Of a stretch of 64,000 nt of DNA, positions 37,550 to 47,398 are shown in pieces (position 1 is the first letter of the stretch; the number at the start of each line of letters is the position of its first letter). Position numbers and translations under genes: made by a program. The stretch covers positions 32,001-96,000 of the IMG/VR virus record IMGVR_UViG_2914436621_000001; one strand, given 5' to 3'. A model generated the notes under the pieces. That model worked only from the letters and a program-made list of their open reading frames with translations. It searched no databases and was not told the origin of the DNA. The stretch is from a virus (lineage: Duplodnaviria; Caudoviricetes).

Positions 37550-39858
37550 GTTAGGAACCCGGCCTCATACGCTTGATATTGCTCGTCCATCCGCGCCATC
37601 AGCCGATCGAGTAAAGAGTCCATATTCTCTCCAGGCTGCTGGTAGAGATTGATTTGCGGAGCGAACGTGCCACCTCCACGACCGCCCATTGATGCGGCAA
37701 CTGCCCGTTGCTGACCCTGGTTCAAAATCGCTTCCGAGCTGTTGGCAACGACTAAGCGAGAGCCGCTAGGCATCCGGCGCGTTTCGGCGATCGCTGCACC
37801 CAGCAAGCTACCTAAAGAGCCGCCTGCTGCATTTCCGGCTACGCCTGCAATGGGAACCCCTCCGCCAAAGAGACCTCCCGCCACTGGAATGCGAGACATA
37901 AACCCGCCAATCGCGGCCGAAGCGCCCCCTACTCCAGACTGAATGCCCTTGGTGAGATTTCCAATTAGATCTGCCCCAGCCTGGAACATACGAGAGCCAA
38001 CGTTTTGAATGGTGGCAAGGATGCTGTCTCCCATCGCTGTGACCGTCGAGATAACCCCTTCGATCGCTGAGACGACAGCCGCTTTTGTCTCCAGCCAGGT
38101 CATGCGAATGTCTAGTCCCAGGTTGACAAACAGCATCTTGATGCTCGTTACCCAACTGCCAGCGATCGCCCCAATCGAGGTGAAAATCATGCGAATATTT
38201 AGCCCTACATCGACAAACATCATTTTGATGTTCGTTATCCAACTGCCAGCGATCGCCCCAATCGAGGTGAAAATCTGAGTCAAATGGCCGGGAAGGTGAA
38301 CGACTGAGCCGATAACAGAAGCAGCCATCAACCCGAATGCCTCCCCAATATTTCTGGCACCGGCTGCCGCTTCACCCTGCCCAAACCAACTGCTGATCAT
38401 TTGCAGAGTCTGCTGAATCTGCTCACCAGACCAGACGATCAGCGGCATCATTTCCGTGATGATTGGCTCAACTCCAGTCTTGAAGCCTTCAGCAAAGCCA
38501 GTAAAGAATTCTTTTATGGTGGCCCAGTTTTTGTAGATGACGACTCCGATCGCGGCAATTGCGCCTAGCCCCAACAGGATGGGGGCAAACGAAATGCCTG
38601 CAACGAATCCAACCACGGTTGTGAGGGCTGGCAACAGTGGCGTAATGGCGGCAACTGCCAGCGTTGCACTGCCCACGAATGTTAGAACTCCCCCAGCAAC
38701 AGCGGCGATCGCCGCTGCCATGCGAGTGACGCCAGGATGTTCAGCGGCAAAACTGGCAATTCCCTGCACCAACGGCACAAATGTGCCCACTAGAGAGTTC
38801 ATGCTGGGGAGCAGTGCTCTGCCGACGTGGATTTGAATTTCCTGAAATGCATTCCTTAGCTGGGCGATGCCGTTGGCGGATGTTCCCACCCGTGCTTCAA
38901 ATTCGGCCTGCATCGAGCCTGCGTACTGCGACTCATCTGCAACCATTTCCAGCGCTTTGGTTAAGCCGGTAGCATCGTTGGCTAATGTTGCCATCACCCG
39001 CGCATCACCCCCATCGCCAAACAAGCGATTGATGGCAGATGCTCTCATGGTTGGTTCCAACCGATTGAGCTGCTGAGTCAGTAGAACGATCGCTCCGGCT
39101 GCATCCTGCTGTACTGCCTGTTCCATACCTGCCGCAGAGATGCCGATATCATCCAGCGCTGCCTGGAATTTGGGCATCTGGCTGGTGGCGGTTTGCAATT
39201 TGGGCAACATGCTGGAGATCGCTGTTGCAGCAACTTCTGGGGCGTTCCCCAACGCAATAATTGAGCTGGAGAGCGCCGCAGATTCGGTGCTGCTCAGGCC
39301 AAACGATCGCGCCACACCCCCGATCCGGGTCATCGTGTTGACGATGTCCGCTGCCGTGGAGGCGCTGTTGTTGCTCAGGTGGTTGATTGCGTCTGCAACG
39401 GTTCCCGCTCCGTCAACCGAGAGTGAGAACACGTTCATCAGTTTGGCGGTAGACTCACCCGCCTGCCCTGCTGCCATATCAAAGGCAATGCCCATTTTGG
39501 CAGTCTGCTCGGTGAAGGCAGTGATGTCACCCGCTGCGATGCCGAGTTGTCCGCCTGATGCCGCGATGTTAGCCAGATCAACCGCTGTATTGGGAATCGT
39601 GCGGCTGAGTTTGAGTAAGGCGTCATCGACTTTATACGCCTGAACTTCCTCAACCCCTAGAACCTTGTTAACATCTGCCATTGCAGACTCAAAGGTCATA
39701 GCAGCATTGGCTGACATCCCCAGCGCCGCACTAATTGTTGCGCCAATTCCTGTGGTAACGGCCCCCAGCCCAACGAACTTGCCAGTGGCTTCTTTAAGAG
39801 CAGGAGTCAGCTCGTCGATCGCATCCAGGATGACGGTGACACGGTTGGTTCTAGCCAT
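37546..39858 (-). CDS. Tail tape measure protein (TP901-like core)
   Basis: FESAMADVNKV, AASGGQLG, ADAINHLSNN; 29-aa tandem repeat near 38100-38280. Confidence 0.93.
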   Translation of the reverse strand: MARTNRVTVILDAIDELTPALKEATGKFVGLGAVTTGIGATISAALGMSANAAMTFESAMADVNKVLGVEEVQAYKVDDALLKLSRTIPNTAVDLANIAASGGQLGIAAGDITAFTEQTAKMGIAFDMAAGQAGESTAKLMNVFSLSVDGAGTVADAINHLSNNSASTAADIVNTMTRIGGVARSFGLSSTESAALSSSIIALGNAPEVAATAISSMLPKLQTATSQMPKFQAALDDIGISAAGMEQAVQQDAAGAIVLLTQQLNRLEPTMRASAINRLFGDGGDARVMATLANDATGLTKALEMVADESQYAGSMQAEFEARVGTSANGIAQLRNAFQEIQIHVGRALLPSMNSLVGTFVPLVQGIASFAAEHPGVTRMAAAIAAVAGGVLTFVGSATLAVAAITPLLPALTTVVGFVAGISFAPILLGLGAIAAIGVVIYKNWATIKEFFTGFAEGFKTGVEPIITEMMPLIVWSGEQIQQTLQMISSWFGQGEAAAGARNIGEAFGLMAASVIGSVVHLPGHLTQIFTSIGAIAGSWITNIKMMFVDVGLNIRMIFTSIGAIAGSWVTSIKMLFVNLGLDIRMTWLETKAAVVSAIEGVISTVTAMGDSILATIQNVGSRMFQAGADLIGNLTKGIQSGVGGASAAIGGFMSRIPVAGGLFGGGVPIAGVAGNAAGGSLGSLLGAAIAETRRMPSGSRLVVANSSEAILNQGQQRAVAASMGGRGGGTFAPQINLYQQPGENMDSLLDRLMARMDEQYQAYEAGFLT

Positions 39859-40094
39859 TAGCTATCCTTCTTTTCCTGGTGGAACTCCAGCCAGGTCTCA
39901 AATAGGTACAAAACTTCAGCAAGGGGCTTACGCTGAGCCTCAGAAAAGAAGCTGTTGTAATGCCCTCCACACATGGCTAGAACTGCTTTTGTCAGCTCAC
40001 CGACCCGAAATACGCGTCCTTGCAGAGCAAAGACCGGATCAGACTCCGTAAAGCTGTCCGAGCTGGGTAACCGAATCGAAAAACCGAAAAAAGT
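39858..40094 (-). CDS. Putative frameshift extension of the tail assembly chaperone
   Basis: Frame open from the TTTTTT run to a TAATG overlap with the tape measure start. Confidence 0.5.
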   Translation of the reverse strand, partial: TFFGFSIRLPSSDSFTESDPVFALQGRVFRVGELTKAVLAMCGGHYNSFFSEAQRKPLAEVLYLFETWLEFHQEKKDS

Positions 40095-40449
40095 CCAGGG
40101 CTGCCTTGTAGCGTCGCTGGTTTGGAACCAGTTTTGACAGCGGCATTGAAGTTAAATCTTTGTAGGTGATGCCAGGGCGATCGCCATGCTGCACGCACAA
40201 GATTTCGACCGCCTTGTAGATCAAGGCATTCATCCCGGTACTTTCTTCTCGTTGCTGCCGCTGAAGTACGAACGATTCGATTCGGGTGACGTCTTCTCCC
40301 GTCGGCTCACGAAATACACATTCTTGCCCGTCTTCCAGGAAGAAGGCGATCGAGCCGTCATCGTTCACAGAAATTTCCATCGTTGCTGATTGCTGAGGAG
40401 TAGCGATCGCATCAGCAGTGCCGTTGGTTTCAACTGGTTTAACTTTCAT
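40039..40449 (-). CDS. Tail assembly chaperone
   Basis: Between tube and tape measure; FREPTGED motif. Confidence 0.75.
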   Translation of the reverse strand: MKVKPVETNGTADAIATPQQSATMEISVNDDGSIAFFLEDGQECVFREPTGEDVTRIESFVLQRQQREESTGMNALIYKAVEILCVQHGDRPGITYKDLTSMPLSKLVPNQRRYKAALDFFRFFDSVTQLGQLYGV

Positions 40450-40532
40450 AGATTTCTGAGGGCAGAGGTGGCAGGTAAGAGCGATCGGTCTGCCACATCA
40501 CGCGATCGCCCTCAACTATGGGAAACGTCCAA

Positions 40533-40569
40533 TAAAAAAATCCCCGCAGTTCTGGCTGCGGGGATTTTT
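40533..40569. terminator. Intrinsic terminator hairpin
   Basis: aaaaaaatccccgcag-ttctgg-ctgcggggattttt. Confidence 0.7.
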
Positions 40570-40621
40570 AGGGTTCTGAAGTTCCCTGCTACAATGCCTT
40601 TGCGAGTTTGCGGGGATTTAT

Positions 40622-40897
40622 ATGAACAAAGGTGAACTGATCGACAAGGTGGCAGAAACAGCCAGCGTTACAAAGAAGCAGGCTGATGCGGTCGTAACGG
40701 CTGCGATCGACTCCATAATGGAAGCGGTTTCGACGGGCGAAAAAGTGACGCTTGTTGGCTTCGGTTCGTTTGAATCCCGCGAGCGCAAGGAGCGTGAGGG
40801 ACGGAACCCCAAAACCGGAGAAGTCATGCAAATTCCTGCAACAAAGATTCCAGCCTTTTCAGCCGGAAAGCTGTTTAAAGAGAAAGTGGCAAGTTGA
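40622..40897 (+). CDS. hup: Histone-like DNA-binding protein HU
   Basis: MNKGELI...VTLVGFGSF...GRNPKTGE...PAFSAGK. Confidence 0.96.
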   Translation: MNKGELIDKVAETASVTKKQADAVVTAAIDSIMEAVSTGEKVTLVGFGSFESRERKEREGRNPKTGEVMQIPATKIPAFSAGKLFKEKVAS

Positions 40898-40938
40898 TTT
40901 CGCAACCGTTGCAGATTTGGGCAGGCTCCTACCCGATA

Positions 40939-41379
40939 TCAGGCACGTTCGAGGTGATCGACGGACAATTCAACTTCCAGCATTGCCGCATCACTCGAAT
41001 CCAAGTCGGCTTCCGGGTCTTTGAATTTGATAACCTGGCAGCCGTAATAGGTGCGTGGCTTACCAAACTGCGTTCTTTGTTTGTCCTGCTTGATCGACTG
41101 AACTGTGACTGACACATCCCCTGGCTCACCGTTATCCCGGTAGTTTTGCCACCAATCAACGATGGGGGCATCCTCTTCGGGATGGTAAGGTTTTGCGAGC
41201 TTCAGGTTGCCAACCTTGCTCACGCCTCGAACGGTCTTTTTCTTGCGATCGTTCGGGTCAACGTAATCACCCGTCTCAAACTCCTCTTCACCGCCAGCAC
41301 ACTTGCTCCAAGTGCCCTTAATGCCGGCGATCGTAATTAAATACGCACTCTTAGTAATTGGTCGAAGTACCTTTGCCAT
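40939..41379 (-). CDS. Tail tube protein
   Basis: 146 aa directly after the sheath; DAAMLEVELSVD C-terminus. Confidence 0.8.
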   Translation of the reverse strand: MAKVLRPITKSAYLITIAGIKGTWSKCAGGEEEFETGDYVDPNDRKKKTVRGVSKVGNLKLAKPYHPEEDAPIVDWWQNYRDNGEPGDVSVTVQSIKQDKQRTQFGKPRTYYGCQVIKFKDPEADLDSSDAAMLEVELSVDHLERA

Positions 41380-41386
41380 TGCTTGT

Positions 41387-42571
41387 TTAACCCTCTACAG
41401 AGCCTGCTGCTACCTGAACTTGCCCGATCGTTGTCCTGTAAAGCTGTATGAAGATGCGTTCGCTCACTGGGGAAGGAGCTGCCCACATTGCCGCAATAAC
41501 GGCTCCGGCTTCTAGTGTGATGCCCTGATTCAGTTCGTGGTCGCATTTGACCTCATAGGCATCCTTGGGCGTTTGACCGTACAACGCCTTACCACGCCAC
41601 ATCAAGAAGCCAATCTGGTTCAGTGTTTCTTTGATGCGGGTGTAGTATTCGCCTTGTCCATCGACAGAGCTGAACACTTCGCTGTCAAATGCCCCGCGAG
41701 CTGTACCGGACAGCACGTTGAAAATCACGCGAGTGGTGACAAAGCGGTAATACTCACTACTGCTGCGAGTGCGAGACCCCCAGCACACCACGCCTTTGTT
41801 GGGCAGCTTGCGAATGGCGTTGATACCAAGTGGATTGCCGATTTCCTGATGAGCTTTTGTCACCTTCACGGCCACATCCTTCACTCCCTTGAGCGGGAAT
41901 TTTGCCCCGGCTGGTGGTTCCTGGAAGCCTTGCTTTTTGTAGCGACGAATCGCCAAACCTGCGATCGCTGCCGATGGGGGCACTACGTTGTCTAACAGGT
42001 CAATCACATACGGGAAAAAGTAAGCTAGATGCCCCCGTTCTGAGGTGTAAAGCTGCCCTTCTGTCACGGCTTCAGCATGAGTATCGATTGTTCCGCTGGG
42101 GCCAGAATCGACGAGTGCCATCCAGTCAAACCCTTCTTTGGAGGCTAAATTCTCCATTGCGGTTGCGACAGAGGTGCGATCGCCCTGCACTGTGAGCTGG
42201 CTGAATGCCTGTGGCGCAATCAGGAAGCCCTGAGGCATTTCCTCGTCAAAGCTGTTTTGGATTGCGGCAACAAACTCCGCTGCGGTTGGGGCTGCGTCAT
42301 CCACGGCTGTAATCCGGACAAAGAACAGCACCCCATTGGGGTTGTTAGCAAAGTAAAGCTTGACCGGGTTAAGACTGGCAGAGGTGCCGAAAACGTTGGT
42401 GAAGTCTTCAACGCTGACCACTTGCACTGGTTCGTTTTCCGCTCCCGTAGCAGAGCTGCCAACCATGTAGGTTGTGTTGAATGAGGACAGTTCCGTGGGG
42501 ATGTATCCTGCTGTGTCTTCAGTAACGTAAACGCCTGGAGCAAGGTTGGCGTTGATATTGAGTAGTACCAT
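41387..42571 (-). CDS. Tail sheath protein
   Basis: APGVYV, VPPSAAIAG, GINAIR, WGSRT. Confidence 0.93.
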   Translation of the reverse strand: MVLLNINANLAPGVYVTEDTAGYIPTELSSFNTTYMVGSSATGAENEPVQVVSVEDFTNVFGTSASLNPVKLYFANNPNGVLFFVRITAVDDAAPTAAEFVAAIQNSFDEEMPQGFLIAPQAFSQLTVQGDRTSVATAMENLASKEGFDWMALVDSGPSGTIDTHAEAVTEGQLYTSERGHLAYFFPYVIDLLDNVVPPSAAIAGLAIRRYKKQGFQEPPAGAKFPLKGVKDVAVKVTKAHQEIGNPLGINAIRKLPNKGVVCWGSRTRSSSEYYRFVTTRVIFNVLSGTARGAFDSEVFSSVDGQGEYYTRIKETLNQIGFLMWRGKALYGQTPKDAYEVKCDHELNQGITLEAGAVIAAMWAAPSPVSERIFIQLYRTTIGQVQVAAGSVEG

Positions 42572-42626
42572 TGGCAATAAAAAACCCGCTCAGGGCGGGT
42601 TGATAGGAGAAGAATTGGGTGGCCGC

Positions 42627-43169
42627 TTATTGGCTAGAATTTCGGCGATCGCGCTGCATTCGTCGATCGCCCGCTGTTCGATAGCCTTTTGGTCTAGGGA
42701 CTGTGTACTGCCGGATCGCAGCGCGATCGCCACTCGCCAGGCGGCTAACAATTTCGGCGTATTCCCGTTGGGTAGTTCCCCTGGGAACTCGCACTAACTT
42801 TCGAGGATTTGCCGTTTCGAATATTTGTTTGTTGATGGCGGCAATCTTCGCCTCCGTCCGTCCAACCCGTCTTGGATTCAGCGATTGCTCCAGGCTTTCA
42901 CGAAACAGTTGGCGTTGCCTCTCTCGGCTTTGCCTGGTTGAGCCAAGCGTTGATTCGATGACATTTTTGGCGTTTTGGCGATCGATCGCCTTTGTTGCCT
43001 GCGCCCCCAATCCCTGCAACTCGTCCATGCGAGACTGAAGTTGCCCCAGCAGACGCTTACGTTCTCGAACCGTGAACGGGACGATGTTGTTATCCCCGGT
43101 CAGGCGCTCAACGGTTTTCCCGGTGGGTTTGAATTTGCCGCCCTTCCAGCTCCCTCCTTTTGATGCCAT
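42627..43169 (-). CDS. Basic protein with MASKGGSWK leader (copy 1)
   Basis: N-terminus MASKGGSWKGGKF; Arg-rich body. Confidence 0.75.
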   Translation of the reverse strand: MASKGGSWKGGKFKPTGKTVERLTGDNNIVPFTVRERKRLLGQLQSRMDELQGLGAQATKAIDRQNAKNVIESTLGSTRQSRERQRQLFRESLEQSLNPRRVGRTEAKIAAINKQIFETANPRKLVRVPRGTTQREYAEIVSRLASGDRAAIRQYTVPRPKGYRTAGDRRMQRDRRNSSQ

Positions 43170-43180
43170 TCTGGTTACCT

Positions 43181-43798
43181 TTATTGTTCTAAAGAAATAT
43201 TCAGGAGGCGATCGAGCGTGTAACTGCCCGGATCAATCGGGTTTACTGGGTAGTAGGAACGGTTCAGCCCAACTTGGATTGACGTAGGTGTAAAGGGTTC
43301 TTCGGAGTCGGTTCCAGGCTGAAGCGATCCAAAATCAGCCTCAGCGTTGCTGACAAACTCAATATTGAGTTCAATTCGACCAATCAATAGCCAGTCTTTG
43401 TCTTCCCCCTCAATCCGGGCGATCGAGACGGGATTGGCGATCGAATCGATATCAAGGGTAACGATGTCGTCAAACAGGGTTTGGGGATAGGCAACCGCCT
43501 GCTCAGCCAAATAATGAATCAGGTTTTCAACCAGTTTGACAGGCAACTGTTCCTTGGCAGCTCGGGCAGTATATCGATAGAGGATGCCATACATAAAGCG
43601 GCCTGAGGCTTCAAGATATCCGTTTGCTTTGCGAACACCAAAGTCTTTGATAGGCAATTCAACCGCGCAATTGGATGGATAGCGCTGCTCATTGATGATG
43701 GTGGGCACGTTGGCAGGGACATCTAGATCCCAAGCGTCAACCCTGACCGTGCTTTCAATCCACGATCGAATTCCTGTTCTCAGTTGGCGGATGCTCAT
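43181..43798 (-). CDS. Putative tail terminator/completion protein
   Basis: Position upstream of the sheath. Confidence 0.6.
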   Translation of the reverse strand: MSIRQLRTGIRSWIESTVRVDAWDLDVPANVPTIINEQRYPSNCAVELPIKDFGVRKANGYLEASGRFMYGILYRYTARAAKEQLPVKLVENLIHYLAEQAVAYPQTLFDDIVTLDIDSIANPVSIARIEGEDKDWLLIGRIELNIEFVSNAEADFGSLQPGTDSEEPFTPTSIQVGLNRSYYPVNPIDPGSYTLDRLLNISLEQ

Positions 43799-43808
43799 GT
43801 TCTAGGGG

Positions 43809-44312
43809 CTAATAATTCACCGTCACAGTTTGGTCAACGTAGTGGTCGCGAACCTTCCGCAGAATCAGCGTCCAGGTCAGCAACTCCTTATCCATCACGG
43901 TCAGCAGCTTACAAAAGTCGCCGCTAGCCGGATTCCCTTTGCTGTCATAGGCGATCGCTCCCAGAGCATCCATTGGCGGGTCAATCACATACACATCAAC
44001 ATTTTCTTGAAGGAACTGGAGGCTGTAACTCCGGGGGATACCCGTGACCTGGTAATCTTCCTGGCTAATGGTGATGCCACTCGATGATTGAAATGCACCG
44101 CTGCTGCCAATTTCTAAGCCGACAAGCTTGGCTGGAACCTGCGTGATATAGGGTTTGGGTTCAATCAGAGCATCCGTATGGGATGTTGCCAGAAGATCGT
44201 CATCTAGCTCAACATGTCGGATCAAAAGCGTTTTGTGCTGAGGAACCCCAAGTCTGACGGGAATGGATGTAAGACGGGCGTTGAGCGCTGTCATGCGGTC
44301 GATTAGTGCCAT
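43809..44312 (-). CDS. Putative head closure protein
   Basis: Position in the neck module. Confidence 0.55.
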   Translation of the reverse strand: MALIDRMTALNARLTSIPVRLGVPQHKTLLIRHVELDDDLLATSHTDALIEPKPYITQVPAKLVGLEIGSSGAFQSSSGITISQEDYQVTGIPRSYSLQFLQENVDVYVIDPPMDALGAIAYDSKGNPASGDFCKLLTVMDKELLTWTLILRKVRDHYVDQTVTVNY

Positions 44313-44641
44313 CAGCCCAAACTCCTCAGGTGCCGAGAGAGTGACTCTTCGTAGAGTTCACCAATTTCAGGAACGGACTTCTCTGCGTAGAAGCGCCCCT
44401 CCATTTTGGAGGTGCCCTCCTCTACCCAAGCCGAATAGGGAGTGGCGTTGAAGATGGTGTTTCGATCATTGTCTTCCCAGTTGGACTGGAGGTAGGCCGT
44501 GCGAACTGGTGTATAACGTTGAGCAATTTCCTTTCCAGGCTCCAAGGTCTCTTTTGTGGCCTGCACGATCGCCTGCTCCACAGCTCCTGCTTCAAACAGT
44601 AGCCCTTCAAGCCGAACTCGTCCTTTAAAATCCATTACCAA
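44312..44641 (-). CDS. HK97 gp10-like neck protein
   Basis: TPVRTAYLQSNW...YSAWVEEGTSKM. Confidence 0.85.
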   Translation of the reverse strand: MVMDFKGRVRLEGLLFEAGAVEQAIVQATKETLEPGKEIAQRYTPVRTAYLQSNWEDNDRNTIFNATPYSAWVEEGTSKMEGRFYAEKSVPEIGELYEESLSRHLRSLG

Positions 44642-44985
44642 TAGTTCGCGACAGAGATCGATCGCCCGCCGTATTTGTTGTAGGCGATGCTGATACCTAA
44701 CAGATGGCTCAATTCCTTCATCAGGCGTGAACCTTCTGATTTAAGGTGGCTGACGTGTTGAGAGTAGGACAGGCTCAACTGCCCAACTTGCTTAGCCATG
44801 CTGTCTTGACGAGCCGCCGATAGCTGCCCATCAATTTCACCCAGCTCATCCAGAAGCGCGATCGCCCGGTCAATGATGGCTGGCGATCGCGCTTCTGAGA
44901 GTTCAGTAGTGAGCAAATTGGGCATTGACGCATACCCCAGAACAATCTTGAGGGTGTCAATCTGATCTGGGGTAAACGTTGCCAT
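44635..44985 (-). CDS. Putative head-tail adaptor
   Basis: Position after the capsid gene; KQVGQLSLSY. Confidence 0.6.
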   Translation of the reverse strand: MATFTPDQIDTLKIVLGYASMPNLLTTELSEARSPAIIDRAIALLDELGEIDGQLSAARQDSMAKQVGQLSLSYSQHVSHLKSEGSRLMKELSHLLGISIAYNKYGGRSISVANYW

Positions 44986-45182
44986 TAGTCGGGGTAGTAA
45001 TAGGTGATGCCTTGTGCAGCATAGGCTTTGGCTTGCTCTGCCGCCTCTGAAGCTGGAACTCCTCTAGCGGCGAGCTGTGCCAAAACCTCAACAAAAATCC
45101 GTTGCTCTAGCTGCTGGCGATCGCTGTTAGGTTGAGCAACTTCAGTTTGAGGTTGGGCGGATTCTGTGCGTGGTGTAGCCAT
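44985..45182 (-). CDS. Small hypothetical protein
   Basis: TAATG overlap with the next gene. Confidence 0.6.
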   Translation of the reverse strand: MATPRTESAQPQTEVAQPNSDRQQLEQRIFVEVLAQLAARGVPASEAAEQAKAYAAQGITYYYPD

Positions 45183-45220
45183 GTCTATGCTCTGAAATCG
45201 TTATCCAGAGCATAGCGCGG

Positions 45221-46216
45221 CTACTGGTTGATATCCTTCAGGGCTGCTACGCACTTGGGCTGGCGAATCTGGAATTGAGCCTGGAGCGAAATCTCCATCT
45301 CAAGTAGATGAGGGTTACGATTTTTCAGTTCAGCAACCAGGAAGTTCATGCCCATCGTCTTTTGAGCATTGGTCATTGCGCCGACTACCCGCCCATTTTC
45401 GTCCTTCACTTCGCCCAACGCATAGGTCTTGAGCTTGAGCTTGCGGAAGTCGAGGAAGAACACCGTCCCATCAGGGCAGGCAGTATCTTCGATGATGGGC
45501 ACACGCCGATAAGCGTGACCGCTAAAACCCACGTCAGCAATACCGTTGAGCTGGTTCACCGTGAGCGATCGCTCGGCATTGAACGTATCTTCGTACTTTT
45601 TGATGATTTCAGGGGTGGTGTAGATGTGGGTGTAGGTCATGCCGCGACGCTTCACCGCTGTATCAACCCCATCCATCAGTGCCTTAGACAGGTTGCGACC
45701 CGTGCCGCCATTTGCCATTACGGTTGCCGCCCAATCAGGGTAGGTTGCCGTCGCAATACCTGCATAGGCAGGGTTGGTCAAGACGTTGTTTAGGCCATAG
45801 ATTCCGTGCGATGCTGCCGTACCGTCTCCGGTGTAGATAGCTTTATTCAGTTCAAACGGGATAATCTCAAATGCCCGTTCGATGTGCATACCAAACAGAG
45901 CCTTCAAAGCGCCTGGACCAGTACGCTTTGCCTCTGCAATTTTGTTGCGAAGCACCTGAAATCCATGCCCTAGAACGCGATCGCCGATGGGTAGGTTTGC
46001 TTGCTTGGTTGCATCTGCATTATCGGTGGAAGCATCAGCAGTCGTTGCTCGTCCGTGAGCTTGCCCGCCTCCTAGCGTTACGTCCCACTTCACCTGGGAC
46101 TGGTATTCGTCTTCTTTGAGCAAGTTGCTGAGTAGCGTAAAAGGACGAAACTCAACTTTCTCGATTTCTTCTTCGATCAGGAGGCTAAGTGCCTCAACGG
46201 GAGCAAGAGTTGACAT
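45221..46216 (-). CDS. Major capsid protein
   Basis: 331 aa after the scaffold; AIYTGDG..GIYGL, VPIIED..CPDG HK97-fold-like motifs. Confidence 0.85.
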   Translation of the reverse strand: MSTLAPVEALSLLIEEEIEKVEFRPFTLLSNLLKEDEYQSQVKWDVTLGGGQAHGRATTADASTDNADATKQANLPIGDRVLGHGFQVLRNKIAEAKRTGPGALKALFGMHIERAFEIIPFELNKAIYTGDGTAASHGIYGLNNVLTNPAYAGIATATYPDWAATVMANGGTGRNLSKALMDGVDTAVKRRGMTYTHIYTTPEIIKKYEDTFNAERSLTVNQLNGIADVGFSGHAYRRVPIIEDTACPDGTVFFLDFRKLKLKTYALGEVKDENGRVVGAMTNAQKTMGMNFLVAELKNRNPHLLEMEISLQAQFQIRQPKCVAALKDINQ

Positions 46217-46295
46217 GTTTGTTGATGAAATAAAAAGTGGGCACGAAAAAACCGGGACTCCTGCCCCGGATTAGATTCGTTGAAATTGCCGATCG

Positions 46296-46934
46296 CTAGA
46301 ATGCGGCAGCTAATGCCTCTCCAGCCTTCGTAGTTGGCTCTGGAGTGGGAGTGGTGGTTTTGGATTCAGTAGACCCCGCGCCCTGGGTTGTGCTGGCAGG
46401 GACAAATACCTTGCCCTCGTCAGTCCCCAAATAACCCTTCATCGCATCATCCAAGGTGGCAACCTGTTCGCCATTTTTGACATACCAAATGCCGTTCTCC
46501 TCAGTGAGCTGCCCGCCGTTGCGAGCTAGAAATGCTGTGTGCAACAGCCCTTGATTGATAGTTCCAGCTTTGGCGATCGCCTCCGACACAGAGCTGCGTT
46601 TCCGAGCTTCGAATGCCTGAACTTCCTTCTCTTTGAGCTGACTTTGCAGTGTTTCAAACTGCTTTGCCTGCTCCTGTAACTGGGTTTCGAGCGCTTTGAG
46701 GCTGAGCCTACCTTTGTCGGTTTCAGAAGTTGGGTTGGTAGGGTCAGGTTGGGGTGGCTGCGGTTGCGGTTGAGGTGCAGGTGGGGTTTCACCTAGCTTT
46801 TTAATTTGCCGTTCCAAACTGGCGGCAAGGCCACTGTTCGCAGTATTGACCTGATTCATCAAGGTTGTGCTTAGGGTCGTGTTGTTGGCTTCCAGCATTT
46901 GCTGCACCAACGCGCGGATCTGTGCTTCATCCAT
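46296..46934 (-). CDS. Capsid scaffolding protein
   Basis: Coiled coil and Pro-rich linker, directly upstream of the capsid gene. Confidence 0.7.
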   Translation of the reverse strand: MDEAQIRALVQQMLEANNTTLSTTLMNQVNTANSGLAASLERQIKKLGETPPAPQPQPQPPQPDPTNPTSETDKGRLSLKALETQLQEQAKQFETLQSQLKEKEVQAFEARKRSSVSEAIAKAGTINQGLLHTAFLARNGGQLTEENGIWYVKNGEQVATLDDAMKGYLGTDEGKVFVPASTTQGAGSTESKTTTPTPEPTTKAGEALAAAF

Positions 46935-47172
46935 AAATTGTTTAAATTCCTTGCTGGATATCCCCTAGAACATCCCTGGGGTTCGGGCTTCTCCGGTTTA
47001 CGCCTTCCCGGTTGGCATTGAAAAAGCGATCGCCCATACAGAAGTAGGAAGGGGCGATCGCCAAAGGGAAATTTGAAGAATCTATCTATTGGCTTTGTCC
47101 AAATTAATTTGAGCGCTTCTTGCAAAAGAGTGCTCAACTGGTAGACTGAGATAAAAACTAGTGAGTAGAAAC

Positions 47173-47391
47173 ATGGGACGCAAAAAGCTAGACCGAAGGG
47201 AATTCAAAGCCAATGTTGCTCCTGAAACGCCTGATCGCCTTCATGCGATCGCTCGCTCAGTCGGCTTAAAATATGGTGAAGGTGGCAATATTGGAGGGTT
47301 GCTGGATCTCATAGCGAAGAGAGGGCAGGTGTCTGACTTGGCGGGAAAAAGTTTTTTGATTGTCCCTCTTGACATAGAAACTAGTGAGTAG
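47173..47391 (+). CDS. Small putative DNA-binding regulator
   Basis: MGRKK...RLHAIARSVGL...NIGGLLDLIA; flanked by 14-bp direct repeats. Confidence 0.6.
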   Translation: MGRKKLDRREFKANVAPETPDRLHAIARSVGLKYGEGGNIGGLLDLIAKRGQVSDLAGKSFLIVPLDIETSE

Positions 47392-47398
47392 TTATAAC
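47369..47398 (+). promoter_or_regulatory. Sigma70-type promoter
   Basis: TTGACA-18 nt-TATAAC. Confidence 0.6.

Noticed and set aside
38100-38280. 87-bp duplication as a DGR template/variable pair
   Set aside because: Adjacent in-frame repeat typical of tape measure proteins; no reverse transcriptase in the window
35327-39643. Long plus-strand ORFs (e.g. 35327-35992, 39140-39643)
   Set aside because: Antisense to well-supported structural genes and without recognisable motifs
40589-40905. Minus-strand ORFs continuing the tail operon
   Set aside because: Antisense shadows of the HU gene
26973-43798. Stand-alone extracellular contractile injection system or tailocin
   Set aside because: Capsid, scaffold, portal and terminase genes are contiguous with the tail genes
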